Assembly: GCA_030704615.1 (NCBI GenBank)
Contig: CM060732.1
Coordinates: 43,462,001-43,526,000 of the forward strand
DNA from: Takakia lepidozioides
Lineage: Eukaryota > Plantae > Bryophyta
Reading direction: 5' to 3'
DNA: 64,000 bases
Shown here: positions 36,194-48,349 of the stretch, piece after piece
Numbering within the stretch: position 1 is the first letter of the stretch
How the letters are laid out: every line of letters begins with the position of its first letter
Position numbers and translations under genes: made by a program
The notes under the pieces: model-generated
Told to the model about the DNA's origin: nothing
Seen by the model: only the letters and a program-made list of their open reading frames with translations
Database searches by the model: none

Positions 36194-39100
36194 ACCACGA
36201 GCAGCACTACCTACACTGCTCAACTTCCCAGGATCGCATGCTTTCCGGGATAATGGACCTGGCCTCCTGTGGGATGCTTAGTTGCAGCAGTTAATGGAGC
36301 CTAATGCGGACGAGTGCGAGCGGGCTATGGGTTTTTCCATTGGGACCACGGCGGTGCCTTCTCTTTCTGAGGCATCACGTCGTCAGGTGTTGGGGCAAGT
36401 GATGGATCTAAATTGCTTGACCTGGATTATCAGTTTGGCTATGGCTGAGCAACGTAGAGTGCAGAGTGCACTTCCCTTGACGGTCTCTCTACCTACCGAG
36501 ACGGTACAGGCAGTGAGTGGGGGCGAGCCGGTGAGGACCATGGGGTGTAGACATCCATGGCACACGTGGGAGGTGCTCAAGGTTCAGAGGGAGTTGGCAG
36601 CCAAGGCGGCTGTGATGGATGAGGTTGGGGATTCTTCTCGGGTTGAGGAGGTCATTAAGGATGAGATGATAGGGCAGGATGAGGCCTTGTCATTGACTAA
36701 GCAGGCAGGGAGTACTGCTCATGAGATTGCGGCATAGCAACCACGGGACGCGTCTCCTACCTCTAAGTCTGCTGGACTTACGTTGCACTTATGGAGGACA
36801 ATTAGGAACCTGACATTGGACCCATTGTGACTGGAGGAGAGAGACGACGTATACGGCGGTTCCTGAGGGCTTACCTGAATTGCTTTGCCTTTAGTTTGAA
36901 GGATTTGGGAGCACTGAAGGGTCAGGAGATTCGTATTGAGTTGGCCACGGACACGCCAATCTTTCGGAGACCCTATAGATACAGTGACATGAAGAGGTCT
37001 TTGATTCAGATGAGGACTCAAGATCTCTGGGAGGCTGGTTTGGTGGAGCTCTCTGGTGGAGAGTATGCTTCAGCCACGGTGATGCCAGCCAAGAAGGATG
37101 TCTATGGCAATTGGACGGAGAGACGTATGTGCGGTGACTACCAGCCTGTAAATCGTCAGACCAAGTCCGATAAGTATGCCATGCCCACACCTGATGAGAT
37201 CTTTGATGCCATTGGGCATGCCAAGGTCTTTAGCACTTTGGACTTTTGATTGATCCCCCAGAATGCCGTCTTCTGCTTGTCCGCCTCCTTGATCGGCAAC
37301 TGGTGATATCCGCAAGGTTGAGAGAGTCCATTTTCTTGACTTTGTTCTAACTCATATATTAAAAAAATCCATAACGTCTTTTTTCATGGATTGTGACAAT
37401 TCCTTATGGACTTTTTAAAAGTCCATAGCATCTAGAGATTTTGGTTTTTGATAATGAGATTTAAAAGTGTGAAAGTATATATAGATGAGCCTCTATATAT
37501 GAGTCCCTTTTTATTGATGACATTGTCATGTAGGAGTATGATAATTTACCACTATTCTATATCTGGGAAAAACAATGTTGTGACAGCAAAAAATGGTGCC
37601 TATATCAGTGGCGGTTCTTACCATTCGGGCTTAAGAACGCTCCTGCAGAGTTCCGAAGAGTCATGGACAGGATTCTAGCAGGGGTAGACTTTGCTCGGTG
37701 CTACATAGATGGCATCATCATCTTTAGCGCTACGGTGGAGGAGCACGAGAGACACCTTCAGGTGGTGTTTGAGCGCTTGAGAGCGCACGGATTGAAATTA
37801 CATCCGGGGAAGTGCAAGTTCTTCCACAACCAGATTGAGTATCTGGGCCATATGATATATCCTAGAAGATTGGGGATGCAGCAGACTAAGGTAGAGACCA
37901 TTGCACAGATTCCACGCCCCACGGATGTGAGCCGAGTTCGAACTTTCATGGGGTTGGCAAACTACTATAGACGGTTTGTCAAGGGATTTAGTGCTATTGC
38001 AAAGGCTCTAACCAAGCTGACAAAGGTAGACCAGGAGTGGCAGTGGGAAGATAAGCAAGAGCGAGCTTTTCAGGAGCTCAAGGCGAGGTTGACCTCGGCG
38101 CCCATCTTGAGACGACCTATCAAGGGGCATCTCTTTCAGCTGCATACAGATTGGAGCATGTTGGGGCTTGGAGCGGTGCCACATAGGTGGAGGATGAGGG
38201 AAGAGAGTTCGTAGTGGCTTATGCTAGCCGCTCACAACATGCTTCAGAGTACTAATTATAGCTCATATGAGGGGAGTGCTTAGCTTGCAATGGGGGGCCG
38301 TGGCACACTTCAGGTGCTCTCTATATACGACCAATCTCTTCACTCTTGTCACGGATCACCAGCCACTTCAAGCGTTGATGGGGTGTCAGTACCAAGCTTA
38401 TGGGGAAGCTTGCATGGTGGGCACTTATACTCCAAGAGTATGACTTTCAGGTTGTGCATCGACCGGGTTTGGTCAATAGGGATGCGGATGGATTGAGTCG
38501 CAATCCATGCACGGCCAGCAAGATGACACTGAGCTCGGTGGCATGGTGAGACAGACGAGGGGGAGATGGGTGCTATGATGGCATGTTGCATCTGCCCTTT
38601 TGTGTATCTTTAGCATCGGGGTAGGTCAGGTTGGACCTACAACAGGGATTAATGTAGACGGAGTGTCTGAGGACCCTGAGGCAGTGATGAGTCATGTGGT
38701 GCCAGAGATATCCATGAGATTCGGTTGTATTTGATACCTCCGCACTGGAGACACGACAGCTAGTGTGACTGCCAAGGAGAGGGATCGGATCCTGCACAAG
38801 CTACGAGGTTCAAGTGGGAGGGGATACACCTGCTACGAATGTGGGAGGGTGGTCGGGTGAGAATCGTGCCTCACCCAACCCAGCGTGCACGGTTGGTGCG
38901 GCATGCCCCATGAGGAGTTGGGCATTTTGGAGTGCGACGCAGTCATAGTCTCTTGCAGGGGCATTATGGAGGCGTGGTATTCCATCTAGGGGCAAACAGT
39001 TTGTGGCTAGGTGCATGGTGTGTGACGGGTGCGAGCTTTCTCCATTCAACGCCCCTACACCACAATTGCAATCTTTTACCCATCATGGGATTGGGCTACA

Positions 39101-39760
39101 GGTGGAGTCTTGACTTCGCAGGGGCCGTTGCCACTGACGATGCGCCACCACAGATATATGTTGGTGATGGGGTGGAGAACTTCTCCAAGTGGATTGAGTT
39201 GGTTCCATTGGCCTGACAAGGCTAGTGGAGGGGGCTGCGTATGCATTCCTGGATTTTGTGCTTAGCCGATTCGGTTCTCCAGCTGAGGTACTCACGACCC
39301 AGGGAGAGAGTTCTTGGGGGAGTTTTCAGGCTTTGTGTATAAGCCTTGATAGACCACCGTACCACTTCTTTGGGATCATCCTGAGTCCGATGGCTTGGCA
39401 GGAGAGAGTGGTTCAGACAGTGAAGAGGGGTTTGCGCAAGTATGGCTTGCAAAATTGATACCTAGGAGATTGGGATCTTCAGGTGCCTTGGTTAGCATGG
39501 GCTACAGGTTTAGCAAGCAAGCATCACTTGCCTCCTTTTCACCATATTTCCTTCTTTTTGGCCAAGAGCCGGATTTGCCTGCATCTATTCGCAGGGAGGC
39601 TGCAGTAGTCCTCAACCTTGATGATCCGGAAGTGTGGACACAAGCATGCGCCCAACGGGCAGAGTTGTTCAAGAGAGTCATGCCTATGGCTTTTGAGAAT
39701 CTTGCTATTGCCCAACACCGATACACATTGAGGTATGCCACTATACGTGGAGTTGGATAT
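36194..39760 (+). pseudogene. Second, diverged copy of DNMT C-terminus, RT, RH and IN (copy b), degraded
   Basis: At 36193/36194 the integrase (AAYAF) jumps back to sequence homologous to 33429 onward. The integrase core continues to RYATIRG at 39760. Many indels after 38200. Confidence 0.9.
37313..37596 (+). mobile_element. AT-rich insertion in RT copy b, possibly one end of a DNA transposon/MITE
   Basis: Interrupts RT, begins CAAGGTTGAGAGAGTCC, and abuts a 63-bp inversion. Confidence 0.5.
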
Positions 39761-40297
39761 GTCCACACTGCTTGGGATAGTGGCAGTGGATATGACTAGT
39801 GGCAGCCTAACAAGACATGGGAGGGGGGCCAAGCCACTAGGAGTCCAATCCCGAGATCTCAGGCTCAAGTCACAGGTTGCAAGACGGCGACTAACGATGG
39901 GGCAACTCTTGTACCCGGCCCTCTTGATCTATCGATTTTGAGTGTAGTAGGAATAGCGTTGGAGGACTTAGTGAGGCTATGACCACTATCACATTTTGTG
40001 GCTACCTGGACTTAGAGGGACCTAAGCGCCAGCTAGGGGGGCGATTGTGATGGACTAGTGGCAGCCTAGTGATGGATTAGTGGTGGCTAGTGACAGCCTA
40101 GTGCTAGACTAGTGGCTGCACTAGTGGTTGCTAGTGGCAGCCTAGTGGTTGGACTAGTGGCTGCACTAGTGGTGGCTAGTGGCAGCCTAGTGGCTGCACT
40201 AGTGGTGGATTAGTGATAGACTAGTATTTGGTGTGCAATGTTGTTGTGTGGTTGTGGACAATAATATAGTTGTGTAGCGATATGTATGCGCACGACA
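39761..40297 (+). mobile_element. 3' end of a different LTR element: polypurine tract plus ~250-bp LTR (40046-40297) with CTAGTGG tandem repeats
   Basis: AGGGGGGCGAT directly before TGTGATGG...GCACGACA (TG..CA). The 3' portion is homologous to 61720-61798. Confidence 0.6.
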
Positions 40298-43200
40298 CTC
40301 CTCCTCCCTCAGGAGTAGGAAGTGGACCATCCGGCGTTGGAGCCGGTACCACCTGAGCTGTGACCATGGCATCGAGCCTATGCTCTAACTGCTGAAACCG
40401 GTTGGCCATACCTTGGCCACCACCCTGACCTCCGCGTCCTTGGCCATGTTGAGCTTGCCCTTGGCCTGCACCTCGTGCCTGGCCACCTCGTCCTCTCTGG
40501 GCTGCTCTACCTCGCCCCCGGCCACCATTGTTCCCTTGGAATTGGCCTGGGCGCAACTCAGGATGCGAACCATAGCATTGGGCCTCTCCATGCCCATACT
40601 TGCCACAATGGCCACACTGCAACTGTGCCAGTGCCAAACCATTGCCTCCGTCTGGGCAATCCTTCTTGACATGGGGTCCTCCACATGTCCAGCACACCAC
40701 ATCCGCCCATTGTTGGCCAACAAATGAAGGCTGAGACCCCTGCATCTGAGGTCCTCTCTGCCTTCCCTGGGCTTCACCTGAGCCCCCTTGTTGCCTTGAG
40801 CACATTGAGGTAGTGGCTGGCTAAGAGCACCACTACCCTGTGGTGCCTCCTTAGCAAATCCCACCATGACCACTCGTTCCTCCACCATGTTGAGCTCTAT
40901 CCGCTCTGCCAGCAAAAACACATTTGCTAAGGTGGGTTGGGCCGCTTGTAGGAGAGTTGTATCCCGTACCCTTCTCCTCAGCTCCTTGTTCAATATCCCG
41001 TACCAGAACTGGACTGCCTGAGCCTCCGTAACCCCTTGGGTTACATTAATCAAGAGCCTCATGCGAGTGAAAGCCTCCCTCAAGCTCTCAGTAGGCTTCC
41101 TCTGGAACTCTTGCAAGCTCCTCAACTTCTCTGTCCTCACCCCTGGTAGTTCCTTCTCAACTCTTCGAAGAACTCCACAATAGGGTTGAAGGCAGGCACG
41201 ACCACTAGTGCTGGTGCAGTAGTAGCTTGGGTGGACGTCGTAGTTGTTGTACCACTAGTCTCACTACTGCTCGTGGAAGCTGCTGTTGTAGCTGCTGCTG
41301 CGGTGGTGGCTGCTGCCCTTGTGCCTCTAGTGATGGAGACATAGTCGGGTGACCAGTATATTTTCCACTCCTCGATCTCAACATCGTGCCCCCGCCTAAA
41401 CTCATGGTAATCATCCATGGGTGGCCCCTCAAGGTGCTAAAACAGCCCCTTCCATGCCATAAAAAGCGTAAACAGTTGTGGATTGCGCATTTGCTGCAAG
41501 TCATACCAACTATCAAACTCTTGATAAAAATCATCCAACTCAATGGTGCCCACCGCCCCAGAGTACCTACGTGGCCCCTTGGTGGCTCCATACATCTCCT
41601 CCATTGTGACCCACAACAATGGCAAGGAAACAACTTGCACCGCCGGTGCGAGCCCCCCTGATTCACAATCCGAATCAGACCTCCATAGAAAGACACATGA
41701 GGTGAAGGTGGCCTAAACCGCACACCTCGTCTCGTATACCCACTAGTATCGCTAGTGCTCGTACCGACACTTTTCCCAGCAACTAGTGGCACCTCCGTGT
41801 TGACAAACTGACACTCAACGGTCATGAACATGTCCCTAACCACCCCCTCTCTACAAGTAACCCGTAGAGAACCTGATGCGGCTTATGGTTTGGAATACTA
41901 GGTTCCTAACATAGCCTGCACCACACACTGCATCCACCACAGGCACTCCTATGGTTGGCTAGTCATCACCTCCAACCTCACCACAAGAGAAACAAAGATG
42001 GTCTGACTGGTCATCAACCCAGCCTCACCATCGACAGCATGCTCTAGGGTTGGATCGGCGATCAAGCCCAAGTCAACCACCTATAAAATCAAGTGGCCCG
42101 CACACAAAACTAGCCATGGCGCACAATCAAGCATGAAGGTGTGGAGGGGATCCAAACACAAGAATGAAAAGCAACAACTCCCCCCAGACCAAAACAACTC
42201 CCATGTGTCGATCCTGCAACCCAGCCCAAACCTGGACCGACTCTTGCCTCCCCCTACGGAAAGGTCTCGGCCTACAGAGAAGGTGGAAAGCTACAAGGAA
42301 AGGAAGCTAAAGCAATGCCTATCCCCAACACGTTCTCATCCCAACACCTTTTTTTTTCCTCTCTTCTCTCACTTGCATGACCATGAGAGCATCCTGTAGA
42401 CACTCCTCAAACCGCCCTCCACGAGCTCATGAAACTTGGCCTCCAAGGCCCCATGCAAGCCTCCACAGGGTCCGCTAGTGCCTCCTTACGTCCACCAGCC
42501 ATTCCTCAGAATGGAACCACCCCAGGAAACCACACCATTCGTTGAAGGTTCAAAAATGGAGCAAATAAAGGTACATATAGGCCCCAACAACATTCTGTCC
42601 AAAGGAATTACCTGCAGGCTGGTCTCCCCCATAATTAAGAATTGGGCTGAAAACCAGAAAAGATTACCTGCAGGGGAGTAATCCCCTTTGTTAAAACGCA
42701 AGGGAGGCAATTCCGACTTTTCTGCCGGATTAGCTAGCTCAAAACCGTTGTTCTTCAGAGCCCAACCTCCCCATCAAGGTCCCACGAAACGAGTGAAAAA
42801 AGATATATATATATTTCACTCTGCCTGTTCGCGGCTTTCTGTGGCTCCAACCGCCACGACTCCTCACGGTCCGCCCTAGGCACTCGTTGGCCACGGGCTG
42901 CCTCGTGATACCCCGTGGTACCACTCCCACGAGCCTTCACGGCCCGCCATTCCCACGATCTAGTCATCGTGCCCACCCGTTGTGTCTGCACCACGACTTC
43001 CAACGGTCACGGCAACAGTCACGACCTGGGCTCGTGGTATCTCGTGATACCGCCCCGACGGAACATCACGACCACTATTCTCTGCGTTCCCTGGAACTCC
43101 CAACGAGTTTTTATGCGTTCCCGGACGTTCCTACGCGTTCCCACGCGTTCCCGAGCTGGGGTTTGCTCTTGCACCTGTTGCCGCCGAGCTATGGCTTCTG

Positions 43201-44299
43201 TGAAGCCACCAGACCTGCTGTCATGCTCTCTTGGTCTCTCACGACCCACCGGAGGCACCCTAAACTCAACAAGCAAGCAATATGCTACCCAACAAGCTCC
43301 ATTTCTTCATAAAACTCACAAAAACGAATCTGAAAATACACACATTTACAAACTTGGTGCACCTGCACTTCTCACGCATATCCCTTGGCTCTAGGGCGCC
43401 TCGTTGCTGCCCTTCCAGCCCCGCTCTTGCCACTCCAAGAGCCCTTACACTGTTGAGTTTCAGATTAAAGCTCCAACTTATTTGCATACAAGAGGGACCA
43501 GCCCCCTCTCTTCACTCATACATCTTCATGAGCTTGGAGCTGAAGCTCCCAACGGGCTGCGATGCATCCCCTCGCAGCTCCACCATTCGGCTGTTCCTCA
43601 TCTACCCGCAACAACTAGTTTTGAGCAGAAATACCTGGAGCTGATCATATCATCTCCAACCTGCAACACGCTAGCTTCCCATGCGCAGCCCACATTTCTG
43701 CAGCTTCTCAACTCGGCCTGCAACTGAAGAAGATGACCACAGTTCGTCCACTCGTGGCTAGCATCTTCTCCGCTTCACACTGAACCGCATACTCAGTTGC
43801 CATAATGTTGAGCTATGCAACACTGACTGCCTCTCTATCCATTGCAAACCTGCAACCTGTTCGTCTTTGCACTCTATCCGCTTTGGATAGGCTTATGCAC
43901 GGATCCCTGCACTCTAGGCTGAACTGTTTCTCATGATCTGAAAACACAAGTGCTACAACTAACTCGAACCTGACACTCACAAACTCGAGCTGATATTTCT
44001 CGAGTGATAAAGAAAGGAATGATACAAGCATACAAGCTCTCTCAAACTCACACACTTGCACATGAAAACATCACTCATATATTAAGTCGAGCCAAGTGTA
44101 CCCCACGCCATGGGGAATCCACACTACGGCGCCATAGCTAGATGCGGTGAGGCTCAACTCGAGAAAGATGAGCCCACCGCGATCTGCCGTGAAGATAACA
44201 ACGCCAGGTGCCCAAACATATATTGGTCCCTGGATTGATACTTGGGTCAATCCCAAATGTCAATATATAAAAGCTAGCTATTTCCTAGCTAACTTCACA
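40298..44299 (-). mobile_element. Related Gypsy copy, 5' region plus gag only
   Basis: Minus-strand gag (MEEMYGATKGPRRYSGAVGTIELDDF, both Zn knuckles). Blocks 41915-42240 and 43950-44299 are homologous to 29380-29700 and 25986-26380. Confidence 0.87.
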
Positions 44300-47200
44300 C
44301 TAGTTGTAAAATAACTGGACATGTACATCTGTGGTGTAGAAGCGTGGAATGAAGCATGTATCAAAATGTATCGCAAGTGCTTATGCTGATAGATAGATAA
44401 TGTTTGTTTTTGCAAGGTTTCATAGTCCATAATTAAAAAAACAACAAAGATAAGCTCAAGTCTCCCGATGACCAACAACACTGCCACACGATGAAACTAT
44501 ACATCGTTGAGTGAAGAGCATATTGGACCTGATCCCTTTACAACGCTATTGGAATGCGCAAATGCATAGCCCTAGCCCCAAACATCCAAAGTATCTATCT
44601 AGAGCCAAGCTAATATTGCAAGTGCGGATGTAGGGATAGAACCGTTGTCATAGCTTGGTTAGAAACCCTTGACATGTATGTTAATGGCGAGTAAGACCCC
44701 TTATGCAAGCAAACATCTGACCATATCCGACTCAGTGGGGAAGATGAGACGGTGGGCCTTTGGAAAAAGAAGGTTGTAGAAGATTTGGAGGGACAAAATA
44801 ATGAGCACTCTCGTGGGGATAGTGCGTCCGCTGCCGAGAAGGAGGTGGAGAGCCGAGAGCCAAGGAATCGAATGAAGTTATAACTTGCAAAAACGAAAGG
44901 TGTGAGAATGTTCTTGCAATGAAACCCCACAAAGGAAAGAGAAGACCCATTGATACCCATCATTGTCTGGTCGTTTTGAATGTGTGCTATTGTTGTTATC
45001 TACATCCATCAAGTTCCCATTACCAGAAAACACCTAGCCGGTACGATTCTCAAATGGATCCCACAAGTGCATATTTCCATATCTGGGAAAGGTGAGGATG
45101 CTGGTGGTATCATGCACTGAACCCATATTGCAGGTTACTTGCAGGTTACTTTGATGATGTAGGCATATCTGAGAATTGTGTGGTTAACATGAATGCTTGA
45201 CAATAGAGGACAGGACACATCAATGAGGGCTTTCCCCCTTCTTCCGGATAGAGCCCACCCCTCAAAGGGTCAGTACCCGCAAGGGGAAGAGGCTCTTATT
45301 TGTGCTAGCTTCGGTTGGCGTCATATATGTATATCCCCCTTCTTATTCTAAATGGTGCATGACAATGGCCAAGCTCTCTTGGATTTTTTCACCTGCCTGC
45401 TGGCATCCCCCTTCCTTTAGATGGGGTCTGGTTTAGCCTGGTTCTTTTGAAACCCATTGTGTGGATGCTTTTGGAGGTCCATTTGTGGGTCCCCCTCTCT
45501 CTCTACCACTATGAAGGGTTTTGTTTCCTAGGAAGGAAGGGATCTGTTTTACCTCTCCGACTCGTTCAATGCCTCTCTCATTGGAGGGATCAGAATCCGG
45601 GCCCATTCGAAGAGCAAAAGGAGGCACGGGACAGAGAAAATGAGCTTGTTGTTGATTTACTTTGACCATGTTGCAGTCTAAAAGAGACACTGTAATGAAA
45701 AGTGCGTGCTACAAGTCTGGTAGGTCCGAGGAGATGGAAGCTGTCCACGGGCCCCAAAGATTGTCGACCAAGAAGTATGCCACAAACAAGCAGCGACGGG
45801 GATAAGGTGATGAGACTGTTTTGAATAGGAGCCACAGAGGACATGCACAAAGCATCAACCACTCCACATGGCTTGTGACAAGTGTTTGCAGCCAACAAAG
45901 ACTTTTTTTTTACCTCAAACTATCTTACACATGTCGCCCAACACCTCAAGGAAGTCGGCCGATTCCTCTCTCGGAATGAAAAGATATATGCGCCGGCTAA
46001 ACCTGTCATGGTTGCCATGTGGGAGGAGGTGGAAAGAGATTGCAAAGGAGCAGATAATTACCAATTCGGGACATCTTGTGGAGCACACCAGTCGTTTAAT
46101 CGATTTCAACCTGACCTCATGAGAAGTTTAGCTACACTTAGGGTTACACAATCTGACATGTGGAGTACAGTATTCATTGGGTTGCATCACGGATAATCCA
46201 TCACATGTTTTGCATCCATGATTCTTTTGCACTTCACAGAATTGTATCCAAGCGGGAATATACTAGAGTCGGTAGCCTGAGAACAATCAGCACCTCCTCG
46301 CAACGACGACAAAAGTGGAAATATCTCTCACAAGTTGCAGGGCCAAGTTGCATGTTATTCAGAAGCTCAACTTTTGAAGCGTTGATTGCGGTGCGAGAAA
46401 GGTGTCCTATCCCTGCAATAGTGCACTTGCACAGCGCAGACACAGATTTGTACTCACTGCAGCAATCTCCTCGGGATCAAGTATGCTGCACGGATAGGCT
46501 GCCTTTGCACAAGAGGTATCACCTAAAAGTAGTCAAGTGTGGCAGCTTCCACATGCTCAAAGCAAGCCACAGTGTCATAAAGTGCACCACTTTTCCAAGC
46601 AGCTTGTGCATCTCCTGAGGATTTCTGGAAGCTCCAGACTGGCCATAAACACAAACTTTGATCGGATGAGAACTGTGGCCTGTATATCCTTGAGTTAGGT
46701 GCACATGGTTACCTCCGTAACGGTACACAGTGGCCCTTCACATGAACGTGCAAGATAATCATGTTCTACCTAACAAAAGCGAAAGTATCGAATAGCCTCG
46801 CCACCACTGGGTACGTGGGTCATCTTTACTGTAATGGAGAGAAGAGAAGACTTAGGAGTACAGCCCCGCTATGAAAATGCTCGTCTTTAGAAAAGTGTCC
46901 TACTCTAACATGATGCTTGCATAGCGTGTTAAGCTTCTAGATTTGAAGAGGTAATGCAGAGAACCTGAAGAGGTAGATTTGAAAAGCTACAGGGTATGTC
47001 TGAAAAGGCAAAAGAGAAGAACACATGCGGACCCACCAGGCTTGGATTGAGGGACTTAAGTGGGTTTTGGCCAATGACATTGTTTGATTTCACTCTCCGA
47101 GATTATATTAGTGTTGGAAATGTGCATGCAGAAGACAAGTAGGCCAGTTCTTTTGGAGGGGCCAAGTTTATCGGGAGGGAGGGAGGGAGGGAGGGGCCCA

Positions 47201-48349
47201 GTTGGACAATGGGGGGTCGGTGAGGGCAACTGCTGCTTGTGAGGAAAGCGTTTACCGACCAGAAGCGGTCAGCGAGGCCGTGTGCAGGGTAACTGCAAGT
47301 GCCTCTTACCTTGTCCTGCTCCTCGTCACACCCACACAAACGCAGGGAAGAAATGAGGTGGAAGCAGACGTGTATGTGTCAAACTTGGACTGCTTCCTGG
47401 GTTGGGGGATGCTGTCTGCGTTCGTGAGTTGTAGATAACGGGTTGCAAGGTGGAGCAATGTTGAGAGATTGAACACGTCCGGTTCCCATGCTCTGAGTGT
47501 CGTGAGATGCAGCAAGTCCCGCACCTGCCCTGCCTCCTGGGTGCCAACACTTTTCGTTTTTTAAGATGAAGCTGACGAGTGGTTCAGGGTACAGAAAGAC
47601 TCGGAGATCGAACATGTGACCGTAGCAGTTCTCCGAGCCTCGGTGAGGCGCAGCAGCCGTTAAGGAAGAAATGGGAAAGAGTGACGTATTGTGCGATCAG
47701 GAAAGGCAGCAGCACATTGTATTTCTCTTTATTTGATGAAGTCACCACGAGAGGTTCGGTGTCATTGTTGATCGGAATTGCGGTGTTGGCTCTACTTGAT
47801 CCATCTGTGCGTTTATATGGGTTGGTAGCGTGCCTGGCGATGGTGGCCTTTGGTAACAGGTCTGGAAGTAACAACCACTGAAACAGGTAGGCTTCTTGGT
47901 GAGTACCTCTGGTTTGTCCACTAGGTGCAGATCAGATCATATCTTCTCATCAGTGCTTCTTTTTTGGCTACTGTTAATTGTAAGTATTGAGATATCTCGA
48001 AAGGATATTTGTCCATGAGGTGCAGTGTCAGTACATCATAGCCCTTGTGCTTCAACTGGGCTACCTCGGGTGAAGAGAAGGGGCTGTTTGAAGGGAGTGA
48101 GTGTTAGCAGTGGGAGCGGATGTCGTCATAGATTTTCAAGCATTCAAGCGTACTCATAAGTTTGTAAGTTTTTAAGCGCGTTGCAGGGCGATATGGTGAG
48201 TTTATCTTGTTCCTGACTGAGAAGATGTTGGAGCTACGAGGTTGTTTGGTGAAAATGAATATTTAGTAACCTCACATTGACGTACCGAATAGCATCCGTC
48301 TCTTATTCATTTCATTTCTATTCTATTGCAGAGCATCGCATTGGCTTCT

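Larger units (their letters stand above)
25986..39760 (+). mobile_element. Ty3/Gypsy LTR retrotransposon encoding a C5 DNA methyltransferase; internally duplicated, 3'-truncated
   Basis: 5' end TGTGA..CTAG is defined by homology with the inverted relative ending at 44299. Domain order gag-PR-DNMT-RT-RH-IN (RT before IN = Gypsy). No matching 3' LTR in the window. Confidence 0.88.

Noticed and set aside
25986-44299. One giant element with terminal inverted repeats (TGTGA...TCACA)
   Set aside because: The ends are 5' regions of two diverged Gypsy copies, each with its own gag. The flanks CACAG and CTAGT are not a TSD.
44600-46800. Degraded coding-like sequence, possibly an old transposase
   Set aside because: Stops in all frames and no diagnostic motif; a translated profile search is needed.
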